Origin: a virus
IMG/VR virus record: IMGVR_UViG_2149837019_000031
Coordinates: 1-22,103 of that record
DNA: 22,103 bases
Strand: one strand, 5' to 3'
A program made the translations under genes and the position numbers. A model generated the notes under the pieces. That model saw only the letters and a list, made by a program, of their open reading frames with translations, was not told the origin of the DNA and searched no databases. Below, in pieces: positions 9,285-17,121 of this stretch (positions within the stretch are counted from its first letter, which is position 1; each line of letters begins with the position of its first letter).

Positions 9285-9594
9285 AGTATTTGAGGCAAGT
9301 TATAACGGTTTAGCGGTGCTAGTGGAAGGCAAGCCCGTAAACGTGCCTATTTTGGGCGAGGGTTTAGGATCTAGTAGCGGTTATTTAGTTATTAGTGAAG
9401 GCGAAGCCGTATATTTGCCAAAGACTACGCCAGACGTAAAGGAGTTTATAGAGATCGTTAGCGCTAGTTTGTCGATCATACAAGCGGGGATCTTTAACAG
9501 CAATCTCGGCGGGGATATTAAACAACCTACTTTTGATAATGATATTATTAGCCAAAAGCAAAAACTAGAGGATCTAAAGGGGCGTTTAAAATGA
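9277..9594 (+). CDS. Putative baseplate spike N-terminal OB-like protein (105 aa)
   Basis: ATG 9277 with GAGAGG 7 nt upstream. The ORF-track start at 9262 is TTG. The G/V-rich N-terminus resembles gpV/gp45-type spike domains. Confidence 0.3.
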   Translation: MIKVFEASYNGLAVLVEGKPVNVPILGEGLGSSSGYLVISEGEAVYLPKTTPDVKEFIEIVSASLSIIQAGIFNSNLGGDIKQPTFDNDIISQKQKLEDLKGRLK

Positions 9595-9896
9595 AAGATA
9601 TAGAGATTAAAAACGGAGTGCCAAGCGTTACCGATACTATCGTACATAAAGCGGTTAATGTTTTGCGCGTGCAAGAAGGATCTTTACATTATGCTAAAGA
9701 GTTCGGTATTGATTTAGACCAATTTTTTAGCCCAGATGTAAACATACAAACGGAGAGCTTTAAAAGCTACGCCGTACAAAAATTAGCCGAGAACGGCGTA
9801 AACGTTATAGGCGTTGATGAAGTCGAGCGTACTTTAGACGCCGTATTTAAATTTAGTGTAACAGAACAACAAACAGAGGGGCTAGTAAGTAAATGA
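9591..9896 (+). CDS. Putative baseplate wedge protein, gp25/GPW-like
   Basis: 101 aa directly before the J-like gene with ATGA overlaps on both sides. The central ..G..H.AKEFGIDL.. segment loosely resembles gp25-like proteins. Confidence 0.35.
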   Translation: MKDIEIKNGVPSVTDTIVHKAVNVLRVQEGSLHYAKEFGIDLDQFFSPDVNIQTESFKSYAVQKLAENGVNVIGVDEVERTLDAVFKFSVTEQQTEGLVSK

Positions 9897-10699
9897 GTTT
9901 TAACCTACAAAATGGATATACTCCCCGCGATTTTGATAGTATTGTATCAGAATTTCGCGAGGCGATAAATAGCGAGTACGGCCTACAAATGACGACCGAA
10001 CAGTTTAAAGGCTCAAATTGGTATAAATTGATATACTCGGCTTCGCAGTTGGTAGCCACCGCAGAAGGCCACACCGCCGAATTATCTAACAAATTGATCG
10101 ACTATATTAGAAAAGTAGACGAAGAGATACAGCTAGTAAAATCTAGCGTTGACGGTATAATGAGCCACCTAAAGAAGGATTTAGACCTTGTTAGCTCGGT
10201 TAAGCCCTCTACGGCTTCGGACGCGGGCAACCTTTATATAGCGGTAGACGTTGATAATACCGCCTCGGATTATGCAGAAAAAAAACAAATGATCCTAGAA
10301 AAGCTAAAAGAATATTGTACAGCGGGTTTATATTTTACAGGCGCCGAGAGTGGCGAAGTTGTAGCCAGTAACGGACAACCTTTTACTTTTGGTTATGATT
10401 TGCCCGAAATAGTTAATATGCAAGTAAGAATTAAAGTTACTATTAGCGATAATACAACCGCCTATATAATGAATAACCAAGCTATAGAAGAGAAGTTTTT
10501 AGATAATTTTAACTCTATGTATAAATTAGGCTTGGATTTTGAGGGCGACCGTTATTTATGCGCCCGTAGCGATCTACCTTTTGCCTCTAAAATTGTTATA
10601 GAGTGGAGTATTGACAACGGCGGAACGTGGAGCGCCAATATTTGGCAAAGTGCATACAACCAAAAATTAAACTTGTCTAACGTTGAAGTTATTATCTAG
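9893..10699 (+). CDS. Putative baseplate J-like protein
   Basis: 268 aa positioned between the W-like and I-like genes. The N-terminal region is compatible with the Baseplate_J family. This is an inference from synteny. Confidence 0.35.
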   Translation: MSFNLQNGYTPRDFDSIVSEFREAINSEYGLQMTTEQFKGSNWYKLIYSASQLVATAEGHTAELSNKLIDYIRKVDEEIQLVKSSVDGIMSHLKKDLDLVSSVKPSTASDAGNLYIAVDVDNTASDYAEKKQMILEKLKEYCTAGLYFTGAESGEVVASNGQPFTFGYDLPEIVNMQVRIKVTISDNTTAYIMNNQAIEEKFLDNFNSMYKLGLDFEGDRYLCARSDLPFASKIVIEWSIDNGGTWSANIWQSAYNQKLNLSNVEVII

Positions 10700-10707
10700 G
10701 GGGCGTT

Positions 10708-11235
10708 ATGGTTCAAAAGTTTATAGACGGCGACCAAGAGGAAAATAAATTTTTTAATGTATTTAATAAAGTTATAAATACTACTTTTGAGGATCTTAAA
10801 AAATATTATACTAACGCCTATAGTTCGCCAGAGTTAGGCCTAGCGTTGTACGAGTTGCAACGCGTGCCTATTTACAATGTACTAGAGAAAAGCCTATTTA
10901 TTCACGCGTATAGTAAGATCCTAGAGGGCGAGGCCTATATAGGTACTATCGAAGGATATTTAACGACCCTACGCGCTATATTTGGCGAAACGGCCGATAT
11001 TAAGTTAGATATTGTAGCCCCGCTACATTTAAGATTTAATATTAACGCCGGAATACAAAAATTTTACTTGTGGATAACTAAAAAAGGCAAGCAAGTAATA
11101 ACCAAAGACGGGCGGGCTATCGTCTTTAAACGAATTTTAGCCGAAGTTACCGCTAGGCAGTTGTTAGAGATTTTAAAGGACACTACTAACGCGGGGACTT
11201 ATGTAGAATTTATATTAAATGAAGAGGAGATTTAA
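10708..11235 (+). CDS. Putative tail protein, P2 gpI / YmfQ (DUF2313)-like
   Basis: 175 aa, the same size as P2 gpI, and located downstream of the J-like gene. SD is TAGGGGG. Confidence 0.35.
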   Translation: MVQKFIDGDQEENKFFNVFNKVINTTFEDLKKYYTNAYSSPELGLALYELQRVPIYNVLEKSLFIHAYSKILEGEAYIGTIEGYLTTLRAIFGETADIKLDIVAPLHLRFNINAGIQKFYLWITKKGKQVITKDGRAIVFKRILAEVTARQLLEILKDTTNAGTYVEFILNEEEI

Positions 11236-11238
11236 ATA

Positions 11239-12303
11239 ATGGCAACCGAAGAAACTACAATAACCGAGCTAGAATTAGCCGAGGAAGTTTTAGCGGATAT
11301 GGTTATACCCGTCGATACTTCGACCGATACGAAATCGGTAAGTTTAAAACAGCTTCGCGCGTGGTTAGGCTCTAGCCTTCCTACGGGTTTTATTTTGCCC
11401 GCAGTTGGTATAATTGACGACGAACGATTTACACTATTAGACGGTAAAACGTTATCTAAGCAAGGTACATACAGGGCTTTTTGCGCTAAGGTAGAGAAAC
11501 AAGTACAGGCTAGTAACTGGTACGCTTGTACGGAAGAGGAATATAACGCGGATCTTTTAGCGTACGGGCAATGCGGTAAATTTGTAATCGGTACGGACTA
11601 CGTAAGGATACCGACAATAACCCGCTTTATAGGTGCAACAATAACCTTGTCAGAAATAGGAAAGACCTATAAAGAGAGCTTGCCGAATATTACTGATGAG
11701 TTTACAACTCAAAATGATAAATTTTGTACAGGAACAGGTGCTTTTGTTGCTTCTGGAAATGTTACAAGATATACAGTCAATATAGCTAGTGGCGGAAGTG
11801 GTGCAAACGGAGAAAGTTTTGACGCTTCCCGCAGTTCATCAACCTATCAAAACGGGGCAAAAGTTCAACCAGACCACACAAAATACCCTTATTATATGGT
11901 TATATCCACCGAAGGACAGACCGCAGAAGTTCAAATTGATATAAACAAAGTTTATGAGGATTTGAACATAAAAGCAAATAGCGATTTATCAAATGTTACC
12001 GCAAACATTGATTTTGTTGTTGAAAGCTACAATGACGGCGCAAACTGGTATAGATTGTATAAAAGCGGTTGGATTGAACAGGGCGGAAGTGAATTAACCT
12101 ACGTAAATATTAAAACAATAAACTTATTAAAGCCTTATAAAGACGATAGTTTTAAGGTTTTGACTACAGGAAGAAGCTTGGCAAATAGGACTATAAATGT
12201 TGATGCGAGGACAAGTAATACTATACGAGTTGCTTGCCGAAACTACACCGACGGGACTTCCGCGTCAATTTATGATTGGTTTAGTTGTGGACAAGGTGCA
12301 TAA
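11239..12303 (+). CDS. Tail fibre protein with a mosaic C-terminal domain
   Basis: 354 aa with a GAGGAG SD. A G/S/T/N-rich distal part is typical of receptor-binding domains. Codon composition shifts at about 11630. Confidence 0.55.
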   Translation: MATEETTITELELAEEVLADMVIPVDTSTDTKSVSLKQLRAWLGSSLPTGFILPAVGIIDDERFTLLDGKTLSKQGTYRAFCAKVEKQVQASNWYACTEEEYNADLLAYGQCGKFVIGTDYVRIPTITRFIGATITLSEIGKTYKESLPNITDEFTTQNDKFCTGTGAFVASGNVTRYTVNIASGGSGANGESFDASRSSSTYQNGAKVQPDHTKYPYYMVISTEGQTAEVQIDINKVYEDLNIKANSDLSNVTANIDFVVESYNDGANWYRLYKSGWIEQGGSELTYVNIKTINLLKPYKDDSFKVLTTGRSLANRTINVDARTSNTIRVACRNYTDGTSASIYDWFSCGQGA

Positions 12304-12318
12304 AAGGAGTAAAGAAAA

Positions 12319-12798
12319 ATGTTTAATATAGGCGATAAATTAGATAAATACAATTACACAAAGGGCGCTATATGGTGCAACGAAAATAACGCCGTTATAA
12401 ATCCAGATACTTGGATTATTGAGGCTATACCCGCCCCTACTCTAAAAGAGGTAAAGGATCAAAAAAGAGCCGAGATTAACGACGCTAGAGATAACGCCAG
12501 AAAAACAGAGGGCGCAGAGTATGACGGCGATATATTCGACATTGACGAAGTTAGCCAAAGTAATATATTAGCTCAAATTAAGGTAGCCGAGATAATTGGA
12601 GATCCTAACGCGACCTATAATTATAGATCTAAAACTAATACGGATCATTTATTAACCTTGGCACAATTACAAGAGCTAGGTTTAGCTATTGCCGTTAAGG
12701 TAAACGCTATATACGTTAAATCGTGGGATCTAAAGGCGCAAGTAGATAAAGCTACTACGGCCGAGGAAGTCGAGGCTATTAAATGGACTTCGGCGTAA
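12319..12798 (+). CDS. Putative tail fibre assembly/chaperone-like protein
   Basis: 159 aa immediately after the fibre gene. SD is AAGGAG. Confidence 0.35.
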   Translation: MFNIGDKLDKYNYTKGAIWCNENNAVINPDTWIIEAIPAPTLKEVKDQKRAEINDARDNARKTEGAEYDGDIFDIDEVSQSNILAQIKVAEIIGDPNATYNYRSKTNTDHLLTLAQLQELGLAIAVKVNAIYVKSWDLKAQVDKATTAEEVEAIKWTSA

Positions 12799-13106
12799 GA
12801 GGTATAAAATACGTTACGCTATCGGATTTAAGCTATAAGGGTATAAATATACCTAAAGGTTTTGAGTTCGACGGCGTAACGGTTAAAGCTCCGTTTAGCT
12901 TGCTATTAAGTAGTAAGGATATGCGCCAAGGGATCCGCGCTAGTTGCTTCCACGATTGGCTATGTTTGCATAAAGATATTTACGGCCGAAAGTACGCCAC
13001 AAATATTTTAGTTGAAATATGGCAAGAGGACGGATTAAATACCTTTAAGGCTTGGATAGTAAAAATATCGGTAAATTTATTTCAATTTTTTAGGGGTTGG
13101 TTATGA
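12783..13106 (+). CDS. DUF1353-like protein
   Basis: The F.FDGVT....SLL......G...S.FHDWL motif matches the DUF1353 signature (FDG.S.P......HD). ATGA overlap downstream. Confidence 0.4.
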   Translation: MDFGVRGIKYVTLSDLSYKGINIPKGFEFDGVTVKAPFSLLLSSKDMRQGIRASCFHDWLCLHKDIYGRKYATNILVEIWQEDGLNTFKAWIVKISVNLFQFFRGWL

Positions 13107-13318
13107 CAAATACAAATAAAGGCGGTAACGTTAATATCAATATCGGCGATAAAGAAAAACAAGGTTATTATGTAGGATCGGCTAGTAATATGGCGCGACT
13201 TTTTATTTTAATAAGCGTTGTTTTTGGCGTTTTGGTTGGTTATATAATAGCTAAGGAAAGTTCGGACTATAATAATTTGAATCGTAGAGTAGAAGTATTA
13301 GAACGTTTAGCAAGGTAG
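13103..13318 (+). CDS. Small single-pass membrane protein (72 aa)
   Basis: ATG 13103 with an AGGGG SD. TM segment LFILISVVFGVLVGYIIA. Confidence 0.4.
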   Translation: MTNTNKGGNVNINIGDKEKQGYYVGSASNMARLFILISVVFGVLVGYIIAKESSDYNNLNRRVEVLERLAR

Positions 13319-13321
13319 CCA

Positions 13322-13498
13322 ATGGGCGCAAAATATAACGAGGCCGAAGTATATTATACGCTAAATATGGTTTACTCCGATTTTTACCCTATGTATCGAG
13401 AGAACTTGCGTAGCTACATAGATCACGCGTATTTATTCCTAACCGATAAAGATTATAAAGGCCGTTATTCTAAAGCGAAATGGTACGCCAGAAAATAA
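13322..13498 (+). CDS. Small hypothetical protein (58 aa), below the ORF-track size cut-off
   Basis: ATG with AAGG 7 nt upstream. Open to TAA 13496-13498. Confidence 0.3.
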   Translation: MGAKYNEAEVYYTLNMVYSDFYPMYRENLRSYIDHAYLFLTDKDYKGRYSKAKWYARK

Positions 13499-13550
13499 CC
13501 CTTGCAAAATATAAAAATTTATGGATAAAATAAGGTAAGGATTTAAACCA

Positions 13551-13760
13551 ATGGGTAGAGGCTTGTTAATGAATAGTTGCGAATTTTATTTTAACGCTTT
13601 TATTTGCGCGATATATAGTTTTGTAGTAAATCATATTCCCCAGTTACAAGCCTTTATCCTATTTTGTATATCCGTAGTATATATGTACTATAAAATTAAA
13701 GTTGCTAAATACGAGGCCGAAGTTAAGGAAAAAGAGGCGCACAATGACAAGCGAAATTGA
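13551..13760 (+). CDS. Putative holin (class II-like, two TM helices with a charged C-terminus)
   Basis: AAGGA SD. TM1 FYFNAFICAIYSFVV and TM2 LQAFILFCISVVYMYY are followed by a K/E-rich tail. It overlaps the endolysin start. Confidence 0.5.
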   Translation: MGRGLLMNSCEFYFNAFICAIYSFVVNHIPQLQAFILFCISVVYMYYKIKVAKYEAEVKEKEAHNDKRN

Positions 13761-14178
13761 TATTTTAGATTTAGCCCGTACTATATACGGAGAAGCCAGA
13801 GGGGAGAAAGCAATAGGCAAACGCGCTATTGCTTGCGTTGTTTTAAATAGGTATATGTCGCGCAAGGGTTATCTAAGAGGTAATACTATCTCCGAAACTT
13901 GTAAAAAGAACGCTACAGACCGTAGGACGGGGCGCGTAGTATATCAGTTTAGTTGTTGGGATCCTCAAGATCCTAACTATAAAATTATTAAGGACGCTAC
14001 ACCCGCCGAGCTTGGCGATTGCTACGAAATAGCTAAGGACGTATTAAGCGGGGTTTATAAAGATATAACTTGCGGATCTTTACATTATCACGCCCTAAGT
14101 ATTTCGCCTTGGTGGGCGGAAGGTAAAAAAGGCGTAGTTATGTTAGGTAATCACGTTTTTTATAATGATATAGACTAA
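13744..14178 (+). CDS. Endolysin, SleB-type cell wall hydrolase (Hydrolase_2 family)
   Basis: LARTIYGEARGE...AIACVVLNR matches the SleB/Hydrolase_2 signature. ATG 13744 with AAGAGG 7 nt upstream. The ORF-track start at 13702 is non-ATG. Confidence 0.8.
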   Translation: MTSEIDILDLARTIYGEARGEKAIGKRAIACVVLNRYMSRKGYLRGNTISETCKKNATDRRTGRVVYQFSCWDPQDPNYKIIKDATPAELGDCYEIAKDVLSGVYKDITCGSLHYHALSISPWWAEGKKGVVMLGNHVFYNDID

Positions 14179-14321
14179 TGAAAGAGAAGTTTAAAAAAGC
14201 CTTAGAGATATTAGCCCCCGTTATTTTAGTTTGCGTACTAATGGCGGGCGCTTATTTATTGTATAAAGGCGAGTATGAATTAGCGACTAAAATTTATATA
14301 TCTTTAGTGGAGCGGTTTTAA
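14178..14321 (+). CDS. Small membrane protein (47 aa), holin/antiholin-like. Below the ORF-track size cut-off.
   Basis: TAATG-coupled at both ends. TM segment ILAPVILVCVLMAGAYLL. Confidence 0.4.
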   Translation: MKEKFKKALEILAPVILVCVLMAGAYLLYKGEYELATKIYISLVERF

Positions 14322-14563
14322 TGTTAAATAAAGCTATTAGTTTGTTAGTTGTTTTGGTTGTTATATTTTTTATCGGCTTTTTTGCGGGTTTTTTGGCGCG
14401 TGGAAGCGAAATTAAACAAGAAACGATTAACGCACAAGAAAAAAAGATAAATAACACTACAGAGCTAAAAAAAGAGGCTTGTAAAGTAGATAAGGAGATT
14501 AAACGTTATGAAATGGGTTGTAATGATATTGTTAATTTTGATCTTAGTAAGTGCTTGCAGTAG
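14321..14563 (+). CDS. i-spanin (inner-membrane spanin subunit)
   Basis: N-terminal TM helix followed by a charged helical periplasmic domain. The o-spanin gene overlaps its 3' end in another frame. Confidence 0.55.
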   Translation: MLNKAISLLVVLVVIFFIGFFAGFLARGSEIKQETINAQEKKINNTTELKKEACKVDKEIKRYEMGCNDIVNFDLSKCLQ

Positions 14564-14693
14564 TTACCGCGGTAATTGTTGCCCTATTTTAGGATCTAAT
14601 GACGTAGTAGAAAATCCGCGTTATGTAAAGGATTTTATAAAAAATGCCAAGATGTATAAAATAGCGTTTGAAAAATGCGCTTGCAATGAATAA
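14508..14693 (+). CDS. o-spanin (outer-membrane lipoprotein spanin subunit)
   Basis: Signal peptide with lipobox LVSAC. Cys-rich mature part. It overlaps the i-spanin 3' end, the classic overlapped architecture. Confidence 0.55.
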   Translation: MKWVVMILLILILVSACSSYRGNCCPILGSNDVVENPRYVKDFIKNAKMYKIAFEKCACNE

Positions 14694-14756
14694 AAAACTA
14701 TCTTATATTATTTGGGTAATATGTTTAGTTTTTATCATATTTACAACTCCAAAAAG

Positions 14757-14786
14757 AAGCCCCCGCGTTATTGCGAGGGCTTTTTA
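14757..14786. terminator. Bidirectional Rho-independent terminator between the converging lysis operon and the leftward operon
   Basis: gcccccgcg / gcgagggc stem (8 bp with one mismatch) and loop gttatt. T-runs lie on both sides (aaaaagaa upstream, ttttt downstream). Confidence 0.6.
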
Positions 14787-14787
14787 T

Positions 14788-14910
14788 TTATTTTAACTTA
14801 GTCGCTATATAATTCGATAAACTACGATCGGCTTGTTTAGCTTCCTCTAAAAGTTTTTCGTAAAGTTCGATCGGTATAGTGATAGTTACGGTTTTAGTTG
14901 TTTTTGACAT
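14788..14910 (-). CDS. Ribbon-helix-helix (CopG/Arc/MetJ-type) DNA-binding protein, 40 aa. Below the ORF-track size cut-off.
   Basis: Translated by hand as MSKTTKTVTITIPIELYEKLLEEAKQADRSLSNYIATKLK. It shows a beta-strand followed by two helices. The AGGAG SD overlaps the TAG of the upstream gene. Confidence 0.65.
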   Translation of the reverse strand: MSKTTKTVTITIPIELYEKLLEEAKQADRSLSNYIATKLK

Positions 14911-14921
14911 TTTTTTAACTC

Positions 14922-15596
14922 CTATTTGATTGATACCCTAGCCTTTTGAAAGATTTTAAGGCCTTTTATTTCGCGCACGCCTTCGCGTATAGCTTGGCGT
15001 ACGGCTTTATCGTTTAAAATAATAAATTCTTGCGGTACGGCCGAAATATCCACAAGCTCGAAATCCCACACTTTAGAAACTATATTATTTTCGGTTGATA
15101 AATTAACAACCTCGGCCTTTGCGGTTTGGTTAATAAGTTGGTTTTGCTTATCCTCTAAAGAGCTAACCATAGCGCGGGCGGTTATCGGATCATAATTTAA
15201 GGCTTGTTTTTTAACTTCCTCTAACTCTAAGGCTTGTTTTAATGCTAACTCCTCGGCTTGGCGTTTTGCTTCGGCTTCGGCTTCGGCGCGTCTTTTAAGT
15301 TCGTCGTTTAAATATTTATTCATTTTTTCGCGTATAATGGCGTCGGCTTCGGCTAATAGCGCAAGAGGTATATTATACTTATCCTCAAGTTTTTTAATAC
15401 CGTCTTTTAATGGTTTAAGATCGGCCGTTTTATTATCTTTAATTGTCTTAGTATATTGTTTAAGTTCTTTAAGTTTTGCGCCCGCTTGCTCGTAGGTAAC
15501 GCTATCGGCAATAACTACAGCGTTTAACGTTTCTAACCACGTCCTAGCTTGTAATTCCATAGGGCTAACTTGATTATATATGCTAATTTGATCCAT
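14922..15596 (-). CDS. Coiled-coil protein, possibly Sipho_Gp157-like and recombination-module associated. It is the only sizeable minus-strand gene.
   Basis: 224 aa with an AGGAGT SD 6 nt before the ATG. Central AEAEAEAKRQAEELALKQ coiled coil. The C-terminal VWDFELVDISAVPQEFI...AIREG segment resembles the Gp157 family C-terminus, with low certainty. Confidence 0.35.
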   Translation of the reverse strand: MDQISIYNQVSPMELQARTWLETLNAVVIADSVTYEQAGAKLKELKQYTKTIKDNKTADLKPLKDGIKKLEDKYNIPLALLAEADAIIREKMNKYLNDELKRRAEAEAEAKRQAEELALKQALELEEVKKQALNYDPITARAMVSSLEDKQNQLINQTAKAEVVNLSTENNIVSKVWDFELVDISAVPQEFIILNDKAVRQAIREGVREIKGLKIFQKARVSIK

Positions 15597-15630
15597 ATTA
15601 TATACTCCTAAAAAAGTTAATTACGATTTG

Positions 15631-15659
15631 CTTATAACATACTTATTTTAATTAGTCAA
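15631..15659 (-). promoter_or_regulatory. Leftward sigma70-type promoter for the coiled-coil/RHH operon
   Basis: On the minus strand, TTGACT (plus 15654-15659), a 17-nt spacer, then TATAAG (plus 15631-15636). Confidence 0.45.
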
Positions 15660-15664
15660 TATTT

Positions 15665-15678
15665 AAAATAATTATTTT
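15665..15678. promoter_or_regulatory. Perfect 14-bp palindrome AAAATAATTATTTT between the divergent -35 boxes. Candidate operator or UP element.
   Basis: The sequence is self-complementary. It lies 6 nt from each of the two -35 hexamers (between them, in the UP-element zone of both). Confidence 0.35.
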
Positions 15679-15684
15679 TTAGGG

Positions 15685-15712
15685 TTGACATTTTAAATTT
15701 ATTGCATAAAGT
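15685..15712 (+). promoter_or_regulatory. Rightward promoter for the exonuclease operon
   Basis: TTGACA (15685-15690), a 16-nt spacer, then TAAAGT (15707-15712). Confidence 0.4.
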
Positions 15713-15735
15713 ATTTAGCGTAAGGAGTTAAAAAT

Positions 15736-16653
15736 ATGAAAGACGGAATATACTTTAATTTGCCCGCCGAGGAGTACCACGCACAAAAGCGCCTAACCTC
15801 TACGGGGATCAAAAATTTACTAATTAGCCCTACTACCTTTTGGTTTAATTCGGCTTTTAACCCACTAAGAGAAGAAAAAAAGACTAAAGCGTTAGACGAC
15901 GGCACGATATACCATAAAATTTTATTGGAAGGATCCGAGGCGCTACAGCGTGATTTTGTTGTAATGCCCGAAAGCATAGCGGAGTTAAATAAAAATACCT
16001 CTACCTTTAAGTTATGGAAGTCGGCGCAACCCGAAGGCGCTTTAATCGTTGATCGTAAATATTATAATAAGATCAAAACAAATATAGATTATCTTAACGA
16101 GTGGATCCTACCGCGTATTTTAACGGACGGCTACGCCGAAGTATCTATATTATGGACGGATAAAAACGGTATAAAAAAACAATGCCGATTTGACTACCTA
16201 AAGCGTAATATGTTTATCGATCTAAAGACCTTCGAAAAAAATAGCCCTTGCGATATTAAGACGCACGCGCAAAAACTTTTTTACGCTAATAAAACATTTA
16301 TACAATTACAATTTTATCGGAGTTGCGAGCCTTATATACAGGATCTACCCGTATTTGGCACGCCAGAGCAAGAGCAATTTATAAAAGAATTGGATTTACA
16401 AGGCCAAGCCGTTTTATACGTAGATCGAAACCTACCGCACAGCAGATTTTTTAAATACTCGGCCGAGGGTAGCCCTAACCTATGGCAATTAGGCGAGGAA
16501 AGTATAGCCAGAGCGGAGCGTTTATTTTTGGATAATTTAGCCAAGTTCGGCGAGCGTTGCGCTTGGTTAGATATGGAGCCTTTAGAAGAGTTTTTAGATG
16601 TAGACTTCCCACAATCATTTTTTAACCTATTGGAGATTAGAGATTATGAATAA
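15736..16653 (+). CDS. PD-(D/E)xK exonuclease, RecE-like (DUF3799/exonuclease VIII-type)
   Basis: N-terminal GIYFNLPAEEYHA and SP..F.. resemble DUF3799 proteins. The D...IDLKT core (RFDYLKRNMFIDLKTF) matches PD-(D/E)xK. TIR is AAGGAGTTAAAAATATG. Confidence 0.55.
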   Translation: MKDGIYFNLPAEEYHAQKRLTSTGIKNLLISPTTFWFNSAFNPLREEKKTKALDDGTIYHKILLEGSEALQRDFVVMPESIAELNKNTSTFKLWKSAQPEGALIVDRKYYNKIKTNIDYLNEWILPRILTDGYAEVSILWTDKNGIKKQCRFDYLKRNMFIDLKTFEKNSPCDIKTHAQKLFYANKTFIQLQFYRSCEPYIQDLPVFGTPEQEQFIKELDLQGQAVLYVDRNLPHSRFFKYSAEGSPNLWQLGEESIARAERLFLDNLAKFGERCAWLDMEPLEEFLDVDFPQSFFNLLEIRDYE

Positions 16654-16710
16654 ATTAGAAAAATATTTTTTAATAGTTGCATACGGATATTTATTTATTT
16701 GCTTTTTGCG

Positions 16711-16738
16711 TTGCTTTTTTGGATTTTAAACGTATAAT
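16711..16738 (+). promoter_or_regulatory. Promoter for the HNH-like/YopX operon
   Basis: TTGCTT (16711-16716), a 16-nt spacer, then consensus TATAAT (16733-16738). TTGCTTTTT is directly repeated just upstream. Confidence 0.45.
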
Positions 16739-16758
16739 ATTTTATCGGAGTTGGAAAT

Positions 16759-17121
16759 ATGAGTAAAAAACATTTAGAATTTATAGACGATTTAGAGTGC
16801 ATAGTTTGCAGATCTAAACACCCTACACACCACCACCTTTTAAGAGTGTCGCGCGAATATTTGCCAGTAAAAGAAGGCGAAGAGGATTTTTTATTACCTA
16901 AAATTAAATCTAAGGGTATGGCTACAAAATCGGACGATCGGTTTACCTTGCCATTATGCCCTAAATGCCACGCGGAAGCGCACGCCTACGGAAACGATAA
17001 GGCCTATTTTAAGAGTAAAGGAATCGACAAGCCCGAAGAAATGGCTTTAATGCTATACAAATTAACGGGTTTATATGATAAAGCTATGGATTTAATAAGG
17101 TGGTGGAGGCTTGGCCGATAA
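16759..17121 (+). CDS. HNH-like zinc-finger protein (DUF968-like)
   Basis: The CIVC...HHHH...LPLCPKCHAEAH arrangement gives a CxxC..H...CxxCH zinc-binding, HNH-like layout. TAATG-coupled to the next gene. Confidence 0.45.
   Translation: MSKKHLEFIDDLECIVCRSKHPTHHHLLRVSREYLPVKEGEEDFLLPKIKSKGMATKSDDRFTLPLCPKCHAEAHAYGNDKAYFKSKGIDKPEEMALMLYKLTGLYDKAMDLIRWWRLGR

Noticed and set aside
9381-10092. Minus-strand ORFs 9381..9674 and 9853..10092
   Set aside because: Antisense to tightly coupled baseplate genes with no RBS.
13659-13865. Minus-strand ORF across the holin/endolysin overlap
   Set aside because: Antisense to the lysis genes, whose motifs are unambiguous on the + strand.
14720-14790. Short ORF (MFSFYHIYNSKKKPPRYCEGFLFILT) after the o-spanin
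   Set aside because: No RBS. It runs through the terminator hairpin and is most likely non-coding.
15699-15977. Minus-strand 92-aa ORF overlapping the divergent promoter region and the exonuclease 5' end
   Set aside because: It would run through both promoters and has no SD. The region is better explained as regulatory DNA plus the exonuclease start.
16332-16544. Minus-strand ORF inside the exonuclease gene
   Set aside because: Antisense with no RBS.
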